A stretch of 64,000 nucleotides of DNA from Candidatus Woesearchaeota archaeon (GTDB lineage Archaea > Nanobdellota > Nanobdellia > Woesearchaeales > GCA-2687795), in assembly GCA_002687795.1 (NCBI GenBank), contig NZBG01000024.1, forward strand, positions 4,250 through 68,249. Reading direction: 5' to 3'. Positions 18,115 to 27,134 of the stretch are shown piece after piece (position 1 is the first letter of the stretch; each line of letters starts with the position of its first letter). A model generated the notes under the pieces. It was not told the origin of the DNA. It was given only the letters and a program-made list of their open reading frames with translations, and made no database searches. The position numbers and the translations under genes were made by a program.

Positions 18115-18836
18115 CTAAAAAGTTAGAGATTAATAAGAAATTTATTACAAATATCTCAAAAAAGCCTAAAAGTAAGATATATCATAAAATAGTTATTGAA
18201 GCTGCTATTAATCGGAGTATACTAAAACTAATCTTTGATTTACTAATCCCTAAAGTAAAGGATTTATGCTTAAAAAATCAAAACTTAGCTAAAGCTTACC
18301 TAAGGGGTATTATGGCAGCTGAAGGTTTCCCGAGATATAATCACCTAACAAGTTCTAGAACAGTTCACTTAAAGATGAAACCTAAAGAAGAGATAGAATA
18401 TATTAATAAATTATTCAAATTATTAAACATTAAATGTTCCATAGTGTGTTCTAAGTCTGATAATGAGTGGATTTCTTGTGTTAGTGGGCAATCAGAATTA
18501 AGAAAATTATCTGATTTTGATATTTTTAAATTAACAAAAGAAAGGAAAAATAGGTTCAATGAAATGATTATAAGTTACAAAAGAGAACAAACTAAGATAG
18601 GAGAAGTAACTGAATTTTATCTAACTAAATTAAAGGATTTTCAAGAAGAAGCAACTGCACCGAAATTAGCCAGGTTTATTAGGAGGGGTAGAACAAGAAC
18701 AATAAATGTATTAAGAGGATTACAAAAAGAAGGACTGATAGAAGGAAAGAGAATAAGAAAAACCGGTAGACCTTTTGTTTTTGAAATTACAGAAAAAGGC
18801 AATAAATTACTTGATAATTTTTCCAAGGGCCTCTAA
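18111..18836 (+). pseudogene. LAGLIDADG-type homing-endonuclease-like remnant fused to a C-terminal winged-helix domain
   Basis: The frame is open from 18051, but the first start codon is ATG 18312, which lies inside the motif AYLRGIMAAEGF (second LAGLIDADG-like box, 18294-18329). The upstream in-frame sequence WAKKLEINKKF...ILKLIFDLLIPKV looks like the end of a first half-domain. The C-terminus KLARFIRRGRTRTINVLRGLQKEGLIEGKRIRKTGRPFVFEITEKG is wHTH-like. Confidence 0.4.
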
Positions 18837-20279
18837 TCTTTCTCCATTTAAGAATCTTTTAAGAATCCCTTTTAAATCATTTATTTTAATCCTAATTTGA
18901 TGAGTACTATCTCTGGATCTCAATGTAACCGAATCGTCTTTAAGTGACTCAAAATCTATCGTTATTGCTGCGTAAATCCCTATTTCATCAGCTCTCGCAT
19001 ACCTACGGCCAACACTTGCGCTCTCATCATATTGACAAACGAACTCTCCTTTTAAGTCATCATAGATATCCTTAGCTTTCTTAACAATATCTGGTTTATT
19101 CTTAACCAAAGGAAAAATCCCAACCTTAACAGGCGCTAACTTAGGATGCAGCTTTAAAACAACATTGCCTCTTTTCTTATCATTATTATAAGCATCAAAC
19201 ATAAAAACAAGAAAAGTTCTCTCAACACCAAGTGAAGGCTCAGCAACAACATAAGGCACAACCTTCTCCTTCCTTTCTTCATCATAAACTGAAAGATCCT
19301 GCCCTGAAAACTTCATATGCTGCTTGAGGTCAAAATCTGTCCTGTTAGCAATGCCCTGCAGCTCTTTCCAGCCGAACGGGAACTCATACTCAAGATCCCA
19401 TGTATCTAAAGCATAATGGCTTTTTTCTTCCTGCAGATGCTGCCTTACTCTTAACTTAGCGGAATCAGCTCCTAATTCAACAAACCATCTATGTTCAGCA
19501 GCAAGCCAGTAAGCATGCCATTTGGTCTTAATGATTTTCTTATCCAAAGCAGCTTTAACCTTCATCAACTTTGGCTTGCTCTTCTTCTTCTGCATATCAG
19601 AACTATAAACCAGCAATTCATAATCCAAAACCTCTTTTAGGTAAGGGCAGCTGTTAACAGCCTTTGGATGGATGAAATATTCTATCTCCATCTGTTCAAA
19701 CTCCCTGCACCTGAATAAGAAATCTCTGGGGGATATCTCGTTTCTGAACGATTTTCCTATCTGGGCAATGCCGAAAGGAAGCTTTAACCTTGAGTTTTCC
19801 ATAACCAGCTTAAAATCAGTGAACATTAACTGTGCTGTCTCAGGCCTTAAATAAGTTTTAACAGAGTCACCTTTAATTACCCCAACCTGGGTTGTGAACA
19901 TTGGGTTAAACTCTCCTTTGTTTTCAAACTCTCCCCCGCATTTCTCGCACTTGACCTTGCCTACTTCATGCTTATCAAGCTTGGTCTTATTCCCGCACTT
20001 TCTGCATACAACAGCAATATCAACAAAACTGCCCACATGTCCTGATGCTTCCCAGACTTTGGGGTTAGTTATAATGCTTCCATCAACCCCTACAATATCC
20101 TCTCTTGACTGCACATGATAATTCCACCAGTTATTCTTAATATTATTCTTTAGCTCTGTGCCTAATGAGCCAAAATCCCAGAAGCCTGCGATACCTCCAT
20201 AAATATCGCTGTTAGGATAAACCAAACCCTTCTTCTTGCAGAATGTTGCCATCTCCTGAATAGAGATTTTATCAGCCAT
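18807..20279 (-). CDS. glyS: Glycyl-tRNA synthetase (archaeal/eukaryotic class II type)
   Basis: 490 aa. N-terminus FCKKKGLVYPNSDIYGGIAGFWDFGSLG, motif 2 FRNEISPRDFLFRCREFEQMEIEYF. Zinc-ribbon insert CRKCGN...CEKCGG. Confidence 0.9.
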   Translation of the reverse strand: MADKISIQEMATFCKKKGLVYPNSDIYGGIAGFWDFGSLGTELKNNIKNNWWNYHVQSREDIVGVDGSIITNPKVWEASGHVGSFVDIAVVCRKCGNKTKLDKHEVGKVKCEKCGGEFENKGEFNPMFTTQVGVIKGDSVKTYLRPETAQLMFTDFKLVMENSRLKLPFGIAQIGKSFRNEISPRDFLFRCREFEQMEIEYFIHPKAVNSCPYLKEVLDYELLVYSSDMQKKKSKPKLMKVKAALDKKIIKTKWHAYWLAAEHRWFVELGADSAKLRVRQHLQEEKSHYALDTWDLEYEFPFGWKELQGIANRTDFDLKQHMKFSGQDLSVYDEERKEKVVPYVVAEPSLGVERTFLVFMFDAYNNDKKRGNVVLKLHPKLAPVKVGIFPLVKNKPDIVKKAKDIYDDLKGEFVCQYDESASVGRRYARADEIGIYAAITIDFESLKDDSVTLRSRDSTHQIRIKINDLKGILKRFLNGERLEALGKIIK

Positions 20280-20360
20280 AAGGGTAAGATAAAAGAATTA
20301 GCTTATAATATTTTCTATTGGTAAATACAAAATAATCAAAGAATAAGAAAAAAATACTGC

Positions 20361-20729
20361 TTATCTCTTTCTTCTCTTGCTCTTCCTTGCAGAACGCTTT
20401 TCCTTTTTAGCAGCCTTCTTTCTCCTGGTCTTCGCTTTCTTTACGATTTTCTTTGCTAAAGGTCTTGCACTTCTGACAGCTTTCCTCACAATAGGTTTTG
20501 CTTTCTTTATAACTCTTTTTGCTAATGGTTTTACCCCTTTGATTGCTTTTTTTATTTCTTTCTTAACTTCTTTTTTCTCTTCGCCTATCCCAGCAAGTAA
20601 CTGGTCAATGATATATTCTCCTCTGTCTTCACTTTTTTTGCCGATAGTGTAAAGTTTCTTAGCTTTCTTTTTACCTAGAGAAAAAGCTCCTAATCCAACA
20701 AGAAAAACCTTTTTAATTCTATTAAGCAT
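20361..20729 (-). CDS. Small protein with a phasin-like N-terminus and an extremely basic K/R tail
   Basis: 122 aa. VFLVGLGAFSLGKKKAKKL, then repeated KPLAKRVIKKAKPIVRKAVRSARPLAKKIVKKAKTRRKKAAKKEKRSARKSKRRKR. Confidence 0.5.
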   Translation of the reverse strand: MLNRIKKVFLVGLGAFSLGKKKAKKLYTIGKKSEDRGEYIIDQLLAGIGEEKKEVKKEIKKAIKGVKPLAKRVIKKAKPIVRKAVRSARPLAKKIVKKAKTRRKKAAKKEKRSARKSKRRKR

Positions 20730-20788
20730 CTATACCACCTCTTTTATCTTATGATTTGGATTCTTTATGTTTATAAAGTTTTTGTTTT

Positions 20789-20822
20789 ATTCCAATTTTG
20801 GATATGTAACCAAAATTGGAAT
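20789..20822. repeat. 13-bp perfect inverted repeat with 8-nt spacer
   Basis: attccaattttgg atatgtaa ccaaaattggaat. Lies between the OB-fold gene stop and the TATA-like tttataaag of the basic-protein gene. Confidence 0.9.
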
Positions 20823-20859
20823 GACAGAAAATCCGTTTAGAAATTATAGGATTTTCGCT

Positions 20860-21147
20860 TTACTGTTCAACTATCTCTAACTTACCGAACTTTCCAGTGG
20901 ATAGTTGTTTCTCGCCCTGCCATTCACCAACATAGCCATTGACGATATGGACTTTATCCCCAACTTTTACTTTATCTATATCATCATTCCAAAGGGTTAG
21001 CTTAATCTCGCCTGTATCATCCTTCGCAGTAGCATTAGCCACCCTTCCTGCCTTGCCGAACTTTTCAAACTCTCTTATGGGGCTTATTTCAGTTATTTCT
21101 ACTACAATATCCACTTCGCCTTCTCTGGCTTTTAAATCTTTTATCAT
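20860..21147 (-). CDS. Single OB-fold nucleic-acid-binding protein (SSB/RPA-like)
   Basis: FGKAGRVANATAKDDTGEIKLTLWNDDIDKVKVGDKVHIVNGYVGEWQGEKQLSTGKFGKLE is a typical OB-fold. ATG 21147 is preferred because gaggtgg lies just upstream; the track start is GTG 21168. Confidence 0.65.
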   Translation of the reverse strand: MIKDLKAREGEVDIVVEITEISPIREFEKFGKAGRVANATAKDDTGEIKLTLWNDDIDKVKVGDKVHIVNGYVGEWQGEKQLSTGKFGKLEIVEQ

Positions 21148-21259
21148 ATTTCCCACCTCTGTCAACACTAAGGGTTTTGTTTATGTTTATAAAATTATTG
21201 GAACCTTATTTTATTTAATATCCAAAAAGTATTTAAAACAACATAGTTTATCGCTTTTT

Positions 21260-21826
21260 ATGAGAATCATTGATAAAGAAGAATTTACCTTGAATAAAGA
21301 AAGAATAATGAAAGAGATAGAAAAGGGAGCTGTTTTCATACACCCAACGGATACCATCTACGGTTTAGGGTGCAACGCCTTAATACCTGAAGCTGTAAAA
21401 CGGATAAGAAAAATCAAAAACAGAAGCGACAGGCCATTCTCAGTCATTGTGCCATCCAAAGAATGGATACTTAGCAATACAGAATGTTCAAAAGCTGACT
21501 GGTTGGAAAAACTTCCTGGCCCGTACACCTTAGTCTGCAAACTAAAAAACAAATCAGCTGTCGCTGAAGAAACAATACCTGACATTAACTCCTTAGGCAT
21601 GAGAATCCCAAAGCATTGGTTCAGCAAAATCTCAGAAAAGCTCAACATACCAATAGTATCGACCTCAGCAAACTTAATTGGCGGGGATTTTATGACCTCG
21701 CTTGAAAACCTCTCTCAGGAAATAAAATCTAAAGTAGACTTCATAATTTATGAAGGAGAAAAGTCAGGCAAGCCTTCAAAAGTAGTTGATCTCACTAAGG
21801 AAAAAGTAGACATACTCAGGCCATAA
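21260..21826 (+). CDS. YrdC/Sua5-family threonylcarbamoyl-AMP synthase (YrdC domain only)
   Basis: GAVFIHPTDTIYGLGCNA, RIRKIKNRSDRPFSVIV, PGPYTLV, VSTSANLIGG. The first 107 codons of the track ORF (from 20939) are antisense to the OB-fold gene, so ATG 21260 is used. Confidence 0.8.
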   Translation: MRIIDKEEFTLNKERIMKEIEKGAVFIHPTDTIYGLGCNALIPEAVKRIRKIKNRSDRPFSVIVPSKEWILSNTECSKADWLEKLPGPYTLVCKLKNKSAVAEETIPDINSLGMRIPKHWFSKISEKLNIPIVSTSANLIGGDFMTSLENLSQEIKSKVDFIIYEGEKSGKPSKVVDLTKEKVDILRP

Positions 21827-22488
21827 TGAAAGAAAAGAAACTAGGAAAAATAAAAGCCTCAACAGCAGAAGGGAAAAACAAGAAATTAAAGATACTTGCT
21901 GCTGGGGACATACACGGAGATACAGGATTAGCAAAGAAGTTAGCTGAAAAGGCTGAGAAAGAAAAAGTTGATCTTGTAATACTCTGCGGAGACTTAACTC
22001 AAGGAGAAAGCTCTACTTCTAATATAATAGGTCCTTTTGTTAAGAAGAAAAAAAAAGTTGTTCTTATACCTGGCAATCATGAGACTATTGCAACAGCGGA
22101 TTTCCTTGCTGAGTTGTATGATGTTAGGAACCTGCACGGCTATTATATAAAATACAAGAATGTGGGCTTGTTTGGCTGCGGCGGAGCCAACATTGGATTG
22201 TTCCAGTTAGGTGAGGATGAGATATTTAAGTCGCTTAAGAAAGGGTTTGAAGGCGTGAAGAATTCGCCTAAGAAGGTAATGATCACGCATGTGCATCCAA
22301 AGGGTACAATAATGGAAAAATTCACTAAGCTTTTTCCTGGTTCTGGCGGCGTTAAGAAAGCTGTGGACAAGTTTAAGCCAGACCTGCTGCTTTGCTCGCA
22401 TGTACATGAGGCTGAAGGCATTGAAGAGAAGGTAGGCAAGACAAAAGTCATCAATGTTGGAAGGCAAGGCAAGGTTATTGAGGTTTAA
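21826..22488 (+). CDS. Calcineurin-like metallophosphoesterase
   Basis: 220 aa. AAGDIHGD, CGDLTQ, PGNHE, THVHP, CSHVHE. The start overlaps the previous stop (TAATG). Confidence 0.75.
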   Translation: MKEKKLGKIKASTAEGKNKKLKILAAGDIHGDTGLAKKLAEKAEKEKVDLVILCGDLTQGESSTSNIIGPFVKKKKKVVLIPGNHETIATADFLAELYDVRNLHGYYIKYKNVGLFGCGGANIGLFQLGEDEIFKSLKKGFEGVKNSPKKVMITHVHPKGTIMEKFTKLFPGSGGVKKAVDKFKPDLLLCSHVHEAEGIEEKVGKTKVINVGRQGKVIEV

Positions 22489-22558
22489 ATTAATTCTTGG
22501 CAATTTTAAAAACATTTAAGTATCTGTTCTTCAGAATTAATATAAAAAGGGGTTATAA

Positions 22559-24277
22559 ATGGAATCAATCTTTTTAGAGCTTAGCATTGTTATTGCAATT
22601 GCATTGATATTAGCTTTTTTAATGAAGCTAATCAGACAGCCTTTGATTATTGCCTATATCTTCAGCGGCATAGTTGTAGGACCAATGTTCCTGAACCTGG
22701 TGAAGTCCCAGGACACGCTTGTTGCATTCTCACAGATGGGGATTGCATTCTTATTGTTCATGCTTGGTTTAAACCTTAACCTTGAGGTATTAAAAGAGGT
22801 TGGTTTAGTAGCGTTCATAACAGGAATAGGGCAGGTGCTATTTACCTCTGTTATAGGTTATTTGATTGCGATTAGCTTTGGTTTTTCTTCTCTATCAGCA
22901 ATTTATATTAGTGTAGCCTTAACCTTTAGCAGCACAATAATTATAGTTAAACTATTATCAGACAAGAATGATTTAGATACCCTTTATGGAAGAATTTCTA
23001 TTGGATTTTTAATAGTCCAGGATATCGTTGCAATCTTTATATTAATGTTTTTATCAGGATATGTTTCGGGTGTTTCTATTCCTTCCCTCCTTACAACAAC
23101 GTTTCTGAAAGGAATAGGCTTTATTTTAATCCTATTCATAATCACCCGGTATATTTTATATAGGTTGCTCCATAACATTGCAAAGTCCAAGGAATTATTA
23201 TTTCTGTTTGCTATTACCTGGTGTTTTGTGATCTCAGTTGCTTCCTCTTATCTCGGTTTCTCGATTGAGATAGGTGCATTACTTGCCGGAATAAGCCTGG
23301 CTTCTTCGCCTTTCCATTATGAGATAAGCAGAAAAATAAGACCTCTGAGAGATTTTTTCATCATCCTTTTCTTTGTGGCATTAGGCTCGCAGATGACCTT
23401 TTCAATAACCAGTTTGATGGTGCCTGCGATTGTTTTATCTGTATTTGTTTTGATTGGAAACCCTTTAATAGTAATGACCTTAATAGGCCTTTTTGGTTAT
23501 AAGAAACGAACCGGCTTTTTGGCAGGGCTCACAGTTGCCCAAATAAGCGAATTTTCATTAATACTTGTTGCATTAGGCCTAAAACTGGGCCATTTATCTC
23601 CAGAAATAGTTTCTATGGTTACAGTTATAGGTATTATAACCATAACAGGCTCTACATACATGATTCTCAAAGGAAATCATTTGTATAATTCTCTCTCTAA
23701 GTACCTGGGCATATTTGAAAGAAAAAATACAGAGATAGAGGAATTATCATACCATAACAAAAAAGAGAAATATGAGGTAATCCTGTTTGGTTATAATAGA
23801 ACTGGGTACAGCTTAGTGGGAAAACTGCAAAAGATGAAAAAGAAACTTTTGGTTGTTGACTTCAACCCGGATATAATCAAGAGGCTTGCAAAGGAAAATA
23901 TTCATTGCAAGTATGGGGATGCAAGCGATACTGAGCTTTTAGATGAACTGCCTCTAAACAAAGCCCATATGGTAATATCAACTATCATAGATACAGAAGT
24001 AAACCTGCAGCTAGTAAACAAAATCAAAGAGATAAACAAGAAAGTAATCATCATCATCAAAGCAAACCAGATAGACGAGGCATTGGAATTATATGATGCT
24101 GGTGCAAATTATGTTATATTGCCGCATTTCTTAGGAGGGGAGCATGCCTCACTCTTAATTGAAAAATATAGAGGCAATATTGGCAAATTCTTAAAGGTAA
24201 AGTTAAATCATATAGAAGAGTTGAAGAAAAGAAAAGAGTTCGGCCATGAGCATCCTAAGCATGAAAGACACCACTAA
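22559..24277 (+). CDS. CPA2 (Kef-type) cation/proton antiporter with C-terminal TrkA-N (RCK) domain
   Basis: 572 aa. About 12 TM helices, then a Rossmann-like segment VILFGYNRTGYSLV...DASD. Confidence 0.8.
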   Translation: MESIFLELSIVIAIALILAFLMKLIRQPLIIAYIFSGIVVGPMFLNLVKSQDTLVAFSQMGIAFLLFMLGLNLNLEVLKEVGLVAFITGIGQVLFTSVIGYLIAISFGFSSLSAIYISVALTFSSTIIIVKLLSDKNDLDTLYGRISIGFLIVQDIVAIFILMFLSGYVSGVSIPSLLTTTFLKGIGFILILFIITRYILYRLLHNIAKSKELLFLFAITWCFVISVASSYLGFSIEIGALLAGISLASSPFHYEISRKIRPLRDFFIILFFVALGSQMTFSITSLMVPAIVLSVFVLIGNPLIVMTLIGLFGYKKRTGFLAGLTVAQISEFSLILVALGLKLGHLSPEIVSMVTVIGIITITGSTYMILKGNHLYNSLSKYLGIFERKNTEIEELSYHNKKEKYEVILFGYNRTGYSLVGKLQKMKKKLLVVDFNPDIIKRLAKENIHCKYGDASDTELLDELPLNKAHMVISTIIDTEVNLQLVNKIKEINKKVIIIIKANQIDEALELYDAGANYVILPHFLGGEHASLLIEKYRGNIGKFLKVKLNHIEELKKRKEFGHEHPKHERHH

Positions 24278-24279
24278 AA

Positions 24280-26184
24280 ATGGAGCGAAAACATGAGCTA
24301 AAAAAGGTATTGAGTTTTAGAGCTATTCTTCTTATTACCATTAATTCCATCATGGGCACAGGAATCTTCTTCCTGCCTGCAGTTGGCGCCAAGTTTGCAG
24401 GTCCTGCCTCAATCCTGTCATGGGTGTTGCTTTCTATAGTGGCTATCTATATAGGAATGTGCTTCGCAGAGCTGTCTTCAATGTTCCCGAAGGCTGGCGG
24501 CGTTTATGAGTTCTGCAAACAGGCTTATGGCAGATTCTGGAGCTTTATAATTGGCTGGATAACATTAATTGCAGGATATATAACAATTGCAATGTTAATT
24601 GTTGGTGCAATACATTACTTAGTGCCGGTAGATATCCCATGGATAAAAATATCTACTTCTTTGCTGTATATATTTGTCTTCAATTATATAGCATTTAGGG
24701 GCATGAAAACCTCAGCTTTTATGCTGGTAACATTTGCATTCATTACCCTAGGCACCCTTTTTGCCTTAATCATCCCCGGCTTGTTCAGGCTTAACATTGC
24801 CAATTTCAGCCCTTTTTTCGTATTCCCTGCGTCCGCGACCTTTGTGGCAATATTTTTCATAGCCGAGACATTCTTTGGCTGGGAAACCGCTACATTCCTG
24901 GCTGGGGAAACAAAAGACAGCAAAAAGGTTATGCCAAAGGCTCTGATTTACAGTACAGTTATAATTGCAGTTATATGCATCCTGTTCGTGGTTACATCAT
25001 TAGGTGCTATTAACTGGAGCATATTTGGCGAATCATCAACCCCGCTTTCAGATTTGGGGAAATTACATTATGGCAATATAGGGGTTCCTGTCTTTACTAT
25101 ACTTGTTTATTTGGCGATAATAGGCTCTGTGGCTGGTTGGATTGTTTCTGCGCCAAGATTAATACTGGCAATGGCTGAGGATAAGCTTTTCCTGTCCCAG
25201 TTCTCTAAGGTTCATCCAAAGTATTTCACGCCTTACAAGGCTATTTTATTCCAAACAATAGTAACTGTAATACTGGTATTTATTGCTTCAGGCTCTTATA
25301 ATACACTGCTAAGGCTGCTCGTTCCTCTTGTGTTAATCATGTATTCAGCTGTATTATTAAGCCTGGTTATATTAAGGTTTAAGAAACCGGATATTGAGCG
25401 CTACTATAAAGCGCCCTTTGGGAAGATAGGTCCTTTCTTTATAATATTAATAAACATATTTCTGCTTGTTATGTGGCTGAAAGAGTCTGAAGGCTCATTG
25501 AACACTTTATTATTAGGTCTTTCTTTTGTGTTAATAGGTTTTCCATTGTACTTCCTTCTTGAGATGTACTATAATCCCAAAACCATTGTAAAAGTAAATA
25601 ATTTTTTGGCTTATATTGCATATCTTACAGAAAAGATAACACTTCCTGTAAAGGTAAGAAAAGAACTTTTAAGGTTACTGGGGAATGTTAAGTGTAAAAG
25701 TATCTTAGAGTATGGATGTAATGTTGGCACTTTAACAATGCATTTAGCTGATGCGGTTAGTCCTAAAGGAAAGATTTACGCAACTGACGAATCAAAACAC
25801 GCTTTACAAATTCTCCAGAAAAGGATTATTAAAAAAGGTCATAAACATGTTAAAATACATTTAGACAGGCCGAACAGAATTCACCCAAATGTTCCAAAAG
25901 TCGATGCAGCAATCTCTGTTGGTATGATTGGCTCCTTGCAAAAAGAAGAAAAGGTGTTAAAGGAGTTGAATCAAAGATTAAGGATTGGTAGCAGGATTGT
26001 TTTCCTGGATTTTGATAAATTCTTTGATGTAATACCCAATGTGGAATGGCTATCGAAAGATAAGAATATCAGGAAGGTTTTTAGCAAGTGCGGGTTTAAG
26101 GTAAGTGTTATAAGGAAGCAAGGCTTTGCATGGCAGTATATATATATTCATGGAAAAAAAGTAAAGAATATAAAACTAAAATAA
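24280..26184 (+). CDS. APC-superfamily amino acid/polyamine permease fused to a C-terminal class I methyltransferase-like domain
   Basis: 634 aa. N-terminal about 440 aa are polytopic, with LITINSIMGTGIFFLP typical of APC permeases. C-terminal about 190 aa carry SILEYGCNVGTLTMHLA (motif I-like), IYATDES and GSRIVFLDF. Confidence 0.65.
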   Translation: MERKHELKKVLSFRAILLITINSIMGTGIFFLPAVGAKFAGPASILSWVLLSIVAIYIGMCFAELSSMFPKAGGVYEFCKQAYGRFWSFIIGWITLIAGYITIAMLIVGAIHYLVPVDIPWIKISTSLLYIFVFNYIAFRGMKTSAFMLVTFAFITLGTLFALIIPGLFRLNIANFSPFFVFPASATFVAIFFIAETFFGWETATFLAGETKDSKKVMPKALIYSTVIIAVICILFVVTSLGAINWSIFGESSTPLSDLGKLHYGNIGVPVFTILVYLAIIGSVAGWIVSAPRLILAMAEDKLFLSQFSKVHPKYFTPYKAILFQTIVTVILVFIASGSYNTLLRLLVPLVLIMYSAVLLSLVILRFKKPDIERYYKAPFGKIGPFFIILINIFLLVMWLKESEGSLNTLLLGLSFVLIGFPLYFLLEMYYNPKTIVKVNNFLAYIAYLTEKITLPVKVRKELLRLLGNVKCKSILEYGCNVGTLTMHLADAVSPKGKIYATDESKHALQILQKRIIKKGHKHVKIHLDRPNRIHPNVPKVDAAISVGMIGSLQKEEKVLKELNQRLRIGSRIVFLDFDKFFDVIPNVEWLSKDKNIRKVFSKCGFKVSVIRKQGFAWQYIYIHGKKVKNIKLK

Positions 26185-26191
26185 ATAAAAT

Positions 26192-27133
26192 ATGATAGAA
26201 CTAACAACTATTTTCATATTAATAGCAAGTGTACTCATAGTAGTCAAATCAGCGGATTTAATTATTAAATCAACATCAAACATGGCGAAAGAGTTTGGTG
26301 TTACAGAGTATTTTATTGGATTTGCTGTTGTAGCAATTGGAACCTCTCTCCCGGAACTGGTTACAGCAATCTTTGGCTCTATTGCAAAGCAGAGTAATCT
26401 TATCTTAGGAAATCTTATAGGAGCAAATATAATTAATGCTACCCTTGTTCTCGGTTTAATGGCTATTATTGGAAGAAGAATTAAGATTGAGGGGAATATG
26501 TTTAGAACATTTGATGAAACTTTGTTTATGACTCTGGGGATTGTTTTGTTGCCATTAATTCTAGGTTTAAATGGTGTAATATCAAGGCTGGAAGGCATAA
26601 TACTTCTAATTGCTTTTGGGTTTTATATATCTAGATTAATAAAAAGAGAAGAAACATTTAGGCATAAGAAACATATTATTATAAAGGAGATACGCAAAGA
26701 GATTATTATATTTTGTTTAGCGCTTCCTCTTTTATTGTTTTCAGCAAAATTTTTGGTTTCATCAGCTGTTGAGGTTGCAAAAGCATTAAATATTTCTACT
26801 TATGTTATTGGTATTACGGTTGTTGCTTTAGGCACAACAATACCTGAACTAACTGTTGAAACAAGGGCCATACTAAGGGGTAAGAGGGGTATTGGCTTTG
26901 GGAATGTTATAGGTTCTATTATTGCGAATATATCAATGGTATTAGGAATAGCAGCAATAATAAACCCTATTATCTTTATGCCAACTATTTTTATTACTGC
27001 AGCTTTATTTATGGTTACCTCAACATTTGTTGCATTACTTTTCCTCCAGAAAAAGGAAGTAACATGGAAAGAAGGCTTAGCCTTGATATTTCTTTATTTG
27101 ACTTTTATAATCTCTGAAGTTATTATTCTGTAA
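26192..27133 (+). CDS. Ca2+/Na+ antiporter (CaCA family, YrbG/NCX_Mj-like)
   Basis: 313 aa. Two alpha-repeat signatures, GTSLPELVTAI and GTTIPELTV, with GNLIGANIIN and GNVIGSIIAN. Confidence 0.85.
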   Translation: MIELTTIFILIASVLIVVKSADLIIKSTSNMAKEFGVTEYFIGFAVVAIGTSLPELVTAIFGSIAKQSNLILGNLIGANIINATLVLGLMAIIGRRIKIEGNMFRTFDETLFMTLGIVLLPLILGLNGVISRLEGIILLIAFGFYISRLIKREETFRHKKHIIIKEIRKEIIIFCLALPLLLFSAKFLVSSAVEVAKALNISTYVIGITVVALGTTIPELTVETRAILRGKRGIGFGNVIGSIIANISMVLGIAAIINPIIFMPTIFITAALFMVTSTFVALLFLQKKEVTWKEGLALIFLYLTFIISEVIIL

Positions 27134-27134
27134 T

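Noticed and set aside
20939-21259. N-terminal 107 codons of the 295-aa track ORF
   Set aside because: This part is antisense to the OB-fold gene and is S/L/T-rich. YrdC homology starts only at ATG 21260.
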